DNA of 64,000 nucleotides from Eledone cirrhosa (lineage: Eukaryota), in contig OZ024740.1 of the NCBI GenBank assembly GCA_964016885.1, positions 156,178,001 to 156,242,000 on the forward strand, given 5' to 3'. The position numbers were made by a program, and so were the translations under genes. Shown here in pieces: positions 54,322 through 64,000 of this stretch. Each line of letters begins with the position of its first letter. Positions within the stretch are counted from its first letter, which is position 1. Below the pieces are notes generated by a model. It was not told where the DNA came from and made no database searches. It was given only the letters and a program-made list of their open reading frames with translations.

Positions 54322-54646
54322 CTGAAAATATACAATTGTTTTAGTGTTCCGCCAGGAAAAATAAAGCAGAAATAAATATAAACAAATTTTGTAGGAAAAA
54401 ATCATTAGAAAATATGAACTATGTACTTAAAGATTAAATATATAATGTAAAACTCTGCAGGAAAATGTTGATTATTTGAAATAGATTGCAATTATTTCTT
54501 AGCTAGGCATGTCATGTTGGTATCATTCATTGCTATAGGTTATTGGTACTGATGCATCTACCTAGAAATAAGTTGTTCACTGATGCAGTACATTAATAAA
54601 ATGGTTAAAAGAACATAAACTTTTAAGAAGCATTATCATAAATAAT

Positions 54647-55061
54647 TGTTTCTACTTTTGGCACAAGGCCAGCAATTACCCAGTGTATTACTGGTACTTT
54701 ATTTTATCGACCCCGTAAGGATGAAAGGCAAAGTTAACCTCGGCGAGATTTTAGTTCAGATCATAAAGGGACGTAACTCTATGCTTCAAAGCATGGTGTC
54801 CGACTCTCTACCGATACTGCCAATCCACCGCCTATCATAAATAATGGTTTCTTATATAGGCACAAGGCCAGCAATTTTGGGTGGAGAGGAAAGTCGATAA
54901 AATCGACCCCAGTGCGTGACTGGTACTTTATTTTATCGACCCCGTAAGGATGAAAGGCAAAGTTAACCTCAGCGGGATTTGAACTCAGATCATAAAGGAC
55001 CGTAACTCTATGCTGCAAAGCATGGCGTCCGACCCTCTACCGATACTGCCATTCCACCGCC
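54647..55061 (-). mobile_element. Two tandem full-length SINEs with triplicated target site
   Basis: Units at 54647-54832 and 54846-55061; tatcat(a/c)aataat at 54634, 54833 and 55062. Confidence 0.93.
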
Positions 55062-55127
55062 TATCATCAATAATGTTTGCTAATATATTCACTACTACAT
55101 GTGGTAACTAGTAAGTCAGGTCCTTCT

Positions 55128-55228
55128 CGAGGTTAACTTTGCCTTTCATCCTTACGGGGTCGATAAAATAAAGTACCAGTAATGTACTGGGTAATTGCTG
55201 GCCTTGTGCCAAAAGTAGAAACAATTAC
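55128..55228 (+). mobile_element. 5'-truncated SINE
   Basis: Core and tail present. Confidence 0.88.
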
Positions 55229-55699
55229 TTGATATAAAACAATTGGTCCACCAATAATTTGATAGTTGTTATTTAGTATAATAAATACAAAAGCCTCTTT
55301 TGTGAACAGTTCTGGGCGCTATCGTTCACTAGTACAAAACATTTAATATCTGAAACTTTAATAATCAAATCTGAAAAACATTGTTCACTGTAAACCTGCA
55401 CATGTCCCTTTGTGCACTGACAAACAGATCTGCTGTTAAATACAAGAGGCAAATGGAAACCTGATTTAAATATCATTTGTCGTTCTTTTAAATGTCCATC
55501 TGCTTCGAGGGTAATCAATTCTAACAAAATTTGAATTACAGAACAATTTGTCTTAGTATGACACACTACCGTGATTTTTAGAGGATATATTCGTATGGTG
55601 TATTGGGAATATTGTGAATGTAGATATATCTGAGTGACTAAGAAGTTCCCTTTACAGTCATCAACTTTCGATCTTGGTCCCCTACTGTGGAATCTTAGG

Positions 55700-55960
55700 C
55701 AAGCGTATTTTACCATAGTTTCGGATTAACTTAATTCTTGTGAGTGAAATTGGTTAGACACAAACTGTTTAGAAGTCGCTTGGATGCACTGAACTTGTAA
55801 TTCAAAGGGTTAGCCTTGTCACACACTGTGAGGTGATGAATTTCCTTAAGAATTATGTTAAGAGCACACGTGGCTGTGGAATACCTAAGTCACTTACATG
55901 TTAATTTAACGAGCAAGCCGTTCCATTGACTAAACAACAGGAGCACTCATCGTCGAAATA
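55700..55960 (+). mobile_element. Old SINE-like repeat, second family
   Basis: gaaattgg..cttgtaattc..cacacactg..gaattt..tgtggaatac shared with 52550-52660. Confidence 0.5.
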
Positions 55961-56372
55961 GACCAAGGTTCAGTTAGCTCAACACACCACTCTAAGAGTT
56001 AATTTGAGTCATATTTTGTTTTCCTCTCCTGAGCGGAAGAAAGATTCCAACTAATAAAAAAAAAATCGTAAACGCTAAAACACTCATAAATTATACGCTG
56101 CTTCTGTTAACGTAATTGTGAATTTAACAATGACATTTTCATGGTTTTATTACCTGTTTACTAGCAGATATTTTCGTGGATTGTACCAGCAAACGGCTAA
56201 ATGTCTTGACTATGCATCTATAATGGGATATTGGACAATCAACTATCTCGGATAGCTACAATTGTTATTAGAGGGGAAAAATCTTAAATATCATTACTAA
56301 TTTAATGCTTCTACAACTGGAGTATAACACCAATTTATCCATCTACCACTCTTACTGACGTGAATAATAATG

Positions 56373-56590
56373 GTTTCTTATATAGGCACAAGGCCAGCAA
56401 TTTTGGGGGAGGGGAAGGTCGATTAAATCGACCCAGTGCGTGACTGGTACTTTATTTTATCGACCCCATAAGGATGAAAGGCAAAGTTAACCTCGGCGGG
56501 ATTTAAACTCAGATCATAAAGGGGCGAAACTCTATGCTGCAAAGCATGGTGTCCGACCCTCTACCGATACTGCCAATCCATCACCCTACC
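56373..56590 (-). mobile_element. Full-length SINE with 16-bp TSD
   Basis: gacgtgaataataatg at 56357-56372 and 56591-56606. Confidence 0.93.
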
Positions 56591-57061
56591 GACGTGAATA
56601 ATAATGATGGCATGTGTCGACAAGTATCAACTGAGCAAGTAGTTAATTTTATAATTTGTGAATGTACCATGAAACGAAAAAAAAAAAAAAAAAAAAGTAA
56701 ACGTGTAAACAGGCTACTTCATCGGTAGTTTAAGGATATGTTTCAATAAAAGGTCTTGCCCAAAATAGATAGGTATTTCCTCAAATACTGACTTGCAAAC
56801 ACATATCGCATAACGCTCTAATATTTTTGTATAAGTTTACCTGAAAAAGATGAAGAACCACTTAAGGTAGCCAGTAGAAAAATCAAAGGGAAAATCAATC
56901 TCTCCATATTTTCTTTATCTTCTCATTAACCTGAAAAATAAGAGGGAAAATAAAACAAAGAATAAACATATATTTTTTGATCGATCGACTTTCGTCAAAT
57001 CGGACCGAGGAAACAATGTTTTCGGCGGTCTTTCCAGTTGCTAATACTATCTATCGGTCGC

Positions 57062-57192
57062 AACTCCAGGTAGAAGGAGCAACGTGAAATAAAGTGTCTT
57101 GCTCAAGGACATAACGCATCGATCGGTCCAGGAATCGAACTCACAATCTCAAGATTGTGAATCCAATTCTCTAACCACTCAGCCACACGCCT
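57062..57192 (-). mobile_element. tRNA-derived SINE head with CORE/V-like segment
   Basis: TGGCTGAGTGG A box, GAGTTCGATTCC B box, then CCTTGAGCAAGACACTT. Confidence 0.7.
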
Positions 57193-58784
57193 TCACTAAA
57201 CATATATATATATCTTATTTAAAACACATTTTCCTTACATAGATATGTATAAATACTCATTCGTGTGCATCATATCGAAGGCGGCTCAACTATGAATCAT
57301 CTACATGTTTGTTTGACCTGCTACAAATAGCAATCAATTCTACTCACAGCGTATCATTTAAAAAGTAGGAGATATTTGAAAAAAGTAGATCTGAGAAGAA
57401 AATGTTCAAGATTGGAAAGTCTTTCTTTTTTATTTTCCGGTACAGCATGGATAGGCAGTGTTCATGGATTTGACTCATCTCCAACAGAGTATGGTGAGGC
57501 TGTGTGCACGGATTTGACTCAGAACATGTGATCGATTGAGTATTATATGAAAATCAAAGCTCAGATGAATTTCGAAAGCCACAAGGTTATCAAGATTATC
57601 CTTATTGAAAAAGCAGATAGGAGATCAATCAGACTGGTGGTACAGTGCATAAAATCTAGTTATTACACGTGTGATAACAAAGGCTGTTTAAGAGCGTACT
57701 CTACCGATAAAAGAAAATAGCGAATGACAAACAACATGAGAGGCAACGATAACAATAGACATTTGAGGTGCACACCAATGTTGTAGCTGCTGCTGCCCCT
57801 GTTTCTAGAATTTTATCGAATACAGGTACAGTAGGACCCTAGAAATAGAGCATCTTGCTTCCTTTTATCTGTGAACAAATGGACCATGGTTGATTAATAA
57901 AGAAAAGATTATTATCATTATTAATTGACTGACTAATTCAAATGTACGTACATTTGTCGCAAGATTTCTCACGTGTGTACTTTCAAACAAAAGAACCCTA
58001 GACATGAAGCATTTTGCCGTAAGAACCAAAATATATTTGTATTATGTTCATCAGACATGATTCTGACTGGTAGAATTTACAGAAGCACATAAAAACAATA
58101 TATTTGTGTCTTGCTTGGCCTTGCCAATCCACAAAGGCCATCCAAGAACTTCATTAGATGTAATTAGTGGTAACCACTTAGAATGAAATCTATTTTATTG
58201 AGAGATATAAAGTATATAAAAAGATATACGTCATCTTAAAATAGAGAACGAAACGAAAACACAAGCCTATATAAAACAAGATACACCTGCGCATAAACTA
58301 TCACCAAAATATTTGGGAAAGCAAAACTCGAGGTTTACAGTAAAGTGACAGTCATTAATGTGACGCAATATCGCCAGATGGTTAGTGCCGACTGAACGTT
58401 TAGTGTTATATGGGGGTATCCCTGGGCATACAGATTCTCATGTTCTAACAAGATTATAAAAAACTATCCCAGATTTGTATCATTTAATAGAAATCAAAAT
58501 CTCTCAGATTGACCATTAAGGTAGAAAGTCCGGCTCGCGGCAGACAACACAAGTACGCGCAGGTGCACGACGTAAAACAGAGCCATGGGAGTCGTGTGAT
58601 AGGAGTGACAAGGACGAGATTATTTGCTCTTGAATCTCCAGAGTTGCGTCAGGTGTCGCAATAGGAACAACAACCTCCGTAATTTGTTGCTGTTGTTACT
58701 TTCTCCTGTTTAAGTCTTCCAGTCCAAAAGCCTTTTAAATGACATTTTTTAAATGACATTTTTCAAGTGTGTACAAGCTGCATT

Positions 58785-58907
58785 GTAGTAGTAACAGCAA
58801 CAGCAGCAGTAGTAGTGTAGTAGTAGTATCATCATCATCATCAGTAGAGTAGCAGCAGCAGTTGTAGTGTTGCAGTAGTAGTAGTAGTAGTTGTAGTAGT
58901 AGTGGTG

Positions 58908-58947
<40 letters not shown>

Positions 58948-58976
58948 TTGTTGTTGTAGTAGTAATAGTAGTAGTG
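58785..58976. repeat. (TAG)/(CAG)/(TGG) trinucleotide microsatellite
   Basis: Directly visible. Confidence 0.95.
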
Positions 58977-59644
58977 GAGAAAGTCGTGTGTTCATTTTGG
59001 TATTAGATACATAAATCAATTTAGCTTGGATCAAAATGAAAACTGAATCTCGGTCCCTGATTGACAAATTTAAATCTTTTTCGCTCGTTCATCCATTTGC
59101 CAGAGAGCAAGACAAAGCTATAAAATTTGTGATTTTGATCTTAAGTATATAATCTTTGAGATTTTTAACGATTTTTGACAATAGGAGAAACCATACGAGC
59201 GTTGTATATGCATTTCAATTTATCAATAAAGATTTATATTATTTTCTCAGAGGCGTAACCTCATCGAGCAGACAAGATCTAGCATTAAGGACATCCAGCC
59301 GTTACCACACGTTTTTACGAGTATAATAGACCTCATTGAATCAAAGCTTTGTGAAGAGGGAGAAGGTTTAAATTTTAAAGCTGCTTTGCATGAAAAAGGG
59401 CATGATCGTGACAAAATACCATTTCAGATCAGTTCAAACCTTTGAAAATCTGCAGGTTTATTGTGAGTCTTTATTCATACCAGCTCTACGTGCAGCATAC
59501 AAATACACGGTCGGGTTTTTCGATTTTCTGTCATAGTAAATTCAGGGTAAAATCCCGAATCTGGAACTGGTATTAATTTGCATCGGTAACATTAAGTTCA
59601 TAGCGTAGTTTCCGAAAGAAATTCGTAGGGAACGAAGAATTTAA

Positions 59645-59822
59645 ATAATTGTTTCTACTTTTGGCACAAGGCTAGCAATTATCCCAGTGCATTACTAGTG
59701 CTTATTTTATTGACCCCGTAAAGATGAAAGGCAAAGTTAACCCCGGCGGGATTTGAACTCAGAGCGTAAAGGGGCGTAACTATGCTGAAAAGCATGGTGT
59801 CCGACCCTCTACCGATACTGCA
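59645..59822 (-). mobile_element. tRNA-derived SINE
   Basis: A/B boxes, core and tail. Confidence 0.9.
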
Positions 59823-60056
59823 AATGTTTCAGGATTATACACTTTGCTTGACGGTGAGGAAGAGAAAACGAAAAAGAGCGAAAAAAAATTGACTTAAACC
59901 CTAAATAAACTTTGATAGTACTCCCAGGAAAAGTATGGATATCACACAATTCCAGGAAACATTTTACATCATCTGTTCTAAAGAAACTTTACTCATAATA
60001 TCACCGCAGTAGCAGATGTATGTTATGTTTCTTTAAGAATATTGTAATGGAACGTC

Positions 60057-60412
60057 AGAGACATACACAGGCGCAGATATCCTCCCCACACAGACACACT
60101 CAAATACACAGACACACACAAACACACACAGGTATATACAAACGCACACAGACACAAATACACATACAGACACAAACACACACACAGACACAGACACACA
60201 CATACACACACAGCCACAGATATAAACACATACACAAACACACACATACGCACACAGACACAGATACACACACAAACACACACAAATACACACTGACACA
60301 CACATACACACTAACACACACATAAGCGCACACTGACAGAGATACACACACGCACACCACACAAACATATATAGACACAGATACACACACACACCACACG
60401 CATATGCACGCA
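60057..60412. repeat. CA-rich degenerate microsatellite
   Basis: Directly visible. Confidence 0.9.
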
Positions 60413-60439
60413 TAAAAAGCAACCAAATAGAATTTTCCA

Positions 60440-60870
60440 AGTCACTGCTAATTTTCCCAACTGGAGCCAGTAGGCCTCTACCGTGGTGGACCCCGACGGA
60501 ATTATCCTTTTCACTTTCGAAGTAGATAAATCCCTCATCTGGCACGCAATATACTGTGACACGTTCTCCGCCTCCAACTTAGTCGCCTCGGCCACAAACC
60601 CCGGTACCTCGACTCGTAATGCAGAGGACAGGAAGACAAGCAAATGTTGGAGCGTGTCCGATCGCTTCCTCTTTGCACCGGTCACCGTCGAGACCTTAGG
60701 CGTCGTCGGACCCTGGACAGCTGACCTCCGCCGTAAAATCAGAACGATAGTAGACCGTCTGAGGGAGTAGCCTCACGAGGTGGGGTGGCTGTTGCAGCAG
60801 GTATCGCTGGCCATAGTTCGCGGCGTGCAACCGAAACACCGCTCTAACCTAGATGTAGAGTCTGTCACCT
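60440..60870 (+). mobile_element. CRE-clade non-LTR retrotransposon 3' fragment (restriction-like endonuclease)
   Basis: PDG..LIW..CDT..AEDRK..FAPVTVETLG..LLQQVSLAIVRG matches the PD..D..AE..K..P..VET.G..QR.S.AI.RGN pattern. Confidence 0.75.
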
Positions 60871-61071
60871 TCTCCCTTTCTTTCTTCCGTTGTCTAGTAG
60901 TACTTGTCCTTCTGTTCCTCTTCCTCTCATTTATGGCAATGCTGCTTTCTTTTTCTGTATGTTTAACCAATTTATAGTTATATCGATAGATAGTATTAGC
61001 AATTGGAAACATAGTTTCCTCGGTCCGATTTGACGAAAGTCGATCGACTGACGACGGTATATATATATATA

Positions 61072-61170
61072 CAGGGTGTCCCAAAACATGTATAATTACT
61101 TCAACAGCATTCTAATCAATAGAGCCTGTACAGGTAATCAAAGTATTATACATTTTTGGGGGGCACATTG
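61072..61170. mobile_element. ~100-bp Tc1/mariner-type MITE
   Basis: TA|CAGGGTGTCCCAAAA..TGTATAAT ... ATTATACATTTTTGGGGGGCACATTG|TA. Confidence 0.7.
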
Positions 61171-61455
61171 TATATATATATATATATATATGGAAGTGAT
61201 TACACAACAGTTAGTTCACCATACCGATGAACTAACTGTTGTGTAACCACTTCTACCTAACTCGTCCCTTGGACTGAGTGCTCTACCACTACGGATATTA
61301 CCTTCCAGTGTTCCACCACTATATATATATATATATATATATATACAGTATTTTCCGTTGTGTTGTAATATAAATATTACACACAGTAGATTATCAGCTC
61401 ACGTAGAGTTTGCTCGACGGTTCCAGTTGTAGTTCCAAAAGTAATCCGGAGAAAA

Positions 61456-62080
61456 ATAGAAAGATTTGAATGGATACAGTTTAGTTGAAAGGAATTTATT
61501 GACACGTGTTTCTATAACAGTTACATAACCTAAAACAGCTATCTACAAACTTTTAGTTATGCAGACATTCAATATTTCAATGTTATTATTTACTGTCATT
61601 TCATCAGAATAATATTACTGAGGATCTATTTAGTTTTTATAGAGAATATTAGGAGGAAGGGGTGAAGTTGTTAGAAGAATAGTTGAAGGAGTGGTTTTTC
61701 GATAGCAGTGAGAATTCTTGGTGGCAGTGAGTAATTAGATTCCCATCTGTTGTTTTGACATTTTTTATAGAATATAAAAAATGTCAAAACAACAGATGGG
61801 AATCTAATTACTCACTGCCACCAAGAATTCTCACTGCTATCGAAAAACCACTCCTTCAACTATTCTTCTAACAACTTCACCCCTTCCTCCTAATATTCTC
61901 TATAAAAACTAAATAGGTCCTCAGTAATATTATTCTGATGAAATGACAGTAAATAATAACATTGAAATATTGAATGTCTGCATAACTAAAAGTTTGTAGA
62001 TAGCTGTTTTAGGTTATGTAACTGTTATAGAAACACGTGTCAATAAATTCCTTTCAACTAAACTGTATCCATTCAAATCT

Positions 62081-62086
<6 letters not shown>
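61456..62086. repeat. Near-perfect palindrome, 314-bp arms, 3-nt loop
   Basis: Centre GAA at 61770-61772; one mismatch seen. Confidence 0.97.
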
Positions 62087-62136
<50 letters not shown>

Positions 62137-62208
62137 CGATTGTGTTGTTATTTCTGTTTACCTTTTATATATATATATATACATAAATATATAAATATAT
62201 ATATATAT

Positions 62209-62578
62209 ATAAATTAATAAAAACAATGAATAAAAACAAAGAAACAGTTCCTTATATTAAAAAATTCATCATTTTACGATCGTTTCTAGGATATATATGT
62301 GTGTGTTGGTATGTATATCATATAGATCTATGTAAAAGTTTTACAAACTATCAGAGGGAATATACATACCTACACATATATATGCTGTCTTCAGAAATAA
62401 TGCATATATATGTGTAGGTATGTATATTCTCTCTGATAGTTTGTAAAACTTTTACATAGATCTATATGATATACATACAAACACACACATATATATCCTA
62501 GAAACGATCGTAAAATGATGAATTTTTTAATATAAGGAACTGTTTCTTTGTTTTTATTCATTGTTTTTATTAATTTAT
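62209..62578. repeat. Near-perfect inverted repeat, ~177-bp arms, ~15-nt loop
   Basis: The ORF track shows the same peptide on both strands; outer IR at 62133-62190 / 62798-62858. Confidence 0.95.
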
Positions 62579-62705
62579 CTTGACTCTGCTTTCCTGTGTT
62601 TTTCATCGAAAAAATTTTGAATACATCTTCTCTTTTCATGATATTTGGATTACATTGAGTTCTTCATACGGATTGGACACTACCGTATATTTTGGTAGAT
62701 TTATC

Positions 62706-62791
<86 letters not shown>

Positions 62792-62910
62792 TTTAATATA
62801 TTTATGTATATATATATATGTATGTAAAAGGTAAACAGACATAACAACACAATCCGTACAGTATATGGAAAGTATATATTAGCTTAACGCTTGATATAGC
62901 AGGAAGAGGG

Positions 62911-62946
62911 TCTTAACGTTTCGGACGCTAGGCCTTCATCAGAAGA
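62911..62946 (-). ncRNA. Minimal hammerhead, same family as the 45.6-46.2 kb units
   Basis: tctt CTGATGA aggc ctagc gtcc GAAAC GTT aaga, then ctatatcaagcg..ctaatatat. Confidence 0.75.
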
Positions 62947-63009
62947 AAGAATGGGAAATAAAATAGATTAAGGGGATGGGCGGGATGGAATTGGAAAAAT
63001 GTCTTTAGA

Positions 63010-63362
63010 TAAAAATGACAGCAGTCAAAACTCAGCACCTGTTTGAGCTACATGGCCTCCATCAAATCATCAAATTCATGATGAAGCTATGGTGGGAAAG
63101 TAGCCAAATCATTGACGTCCTGGAGCAAGTTTATGGGAACAATGCGCCAAAGAAATCAACAACCTACAAATGGATGTCGTTTTAGAAGTGAAAGAGATGA
63201 GCTGCTTTGACATGGATTAAATCGCATGATGGACTTAAAGGCTGGTATCAATGCTTAAAGAAAGTGTATTGACCTAGATGGAGCATATGTAGAAAATTAA
63301 ACATCATAACTTAAACCGTTTTTTCCAACTGTCCTTTTTCCTCGAATTTTTTGAAGCCCCTA
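63010..63362 (+). mobile_element. Internally deleted mariner (irritans/Hsmar2-like) relic
   Basis: IIKFMMKL.W..QIIDVLEQVYGNNAPKKSTTYKW; C-terminal KCIDLDGAYVEN*; 3' TIR-like ttttttgaagcccc. Confidence 0.8.
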
Positions 63363-63439
63363 GGTATGTATATATATGTATATATTGTCTGGTACAGATC
63401 ACCACAACACAGTTGAAGGGTTATCCTTTTGATAAATAA

Positions 63440-63522
<83 letters not shown>

Positions 63523-64000
63523 AATACTATTGCCAGAAATAATAACAGAACACACTCACTGTTTGGTTGGTTTTCGCTTCTGTATCTTCTATGTCTCCAT
63601 GGTTAATTCAATTGGCCATCAATGTTTATCATTAACTGACCAACGGTCAAAAATATATATATAAATATATATATATAGTCTAACAAAGTTCTTTCGTTCC
63701 ACATCTGCAACATCATCAGTGGTACTATTATCATATTCCCCCTACTGTATTGTATTGTATTGTAATGTCTACGCCATTATATATATATATATATATATAT
63801 ATACTGTTGAGTTTTTTCGTAATGTTTTGACTGGTGTTTCTTGTAAACAGATTTTCATCTCATCCCGGAATCACTAGCGTGTGTCCACGTGTGTTTTGTT
63901 ATTTCAACTCTACAGGCTGTTCGCTTGCCTGCTTTTAATTCCCCTCCGGCATTTTAGCAGTATGATTTAGTTAACGCGTTGAGCACTACCAAACGTGACT

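Noticed and set aside
58285-58705. CpG-richer AG/GT-bounded stretch as a coding exon
   Set aside because: Stops in all minus frames; could be UTR or promoter but unsupported.
60020-60545. His/Thr- and Cys/Val-rich ORFs
   Set aside because: CA microsatellite translations.
62226-62639. Duplicate 63/82-aa ORFs on opposite strands
   Set aside because: By-product of the palindrome; no coding signal.

Overview
AT-rich eukaryotic intergenic/intronic DNA, almost entirely transposon-derived. The SINE family and microsatellite load suggest a cephalopod such as Octopus (inference). Retroelements: six decayed Tx1-type (L1-clade) LINE copies, a complete but decayed Gypsy LTR element nested in a Penelope-like element, a GC-rich inverted Penelope pair, R4/Dong-, RTE- and CRE-like LINE fragments, and about 11 copies of a tRNA-derived SINE. 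DNA elements: a near-complete RepHel Helitron nested in Tx1 ORF1, non-autonomous Helitrons, a mariner relic and a MITE. There are also several hammerhead ribozyme motifs and large near-perfect foldbacks. A few splice-bounded open frames at 51-56 kb (minus strand) may be host exons. No transposon ORF is intact. Most notable: the SINE 3' end closely matches the Tx1 3' end, and both sit in (TTA)n tracts, including each other's tails. This suggests a Tx1-driven, microsatellite-targeting SINE/LINE pair that builds its own landing sites. All calls are by eye, with no database searches.
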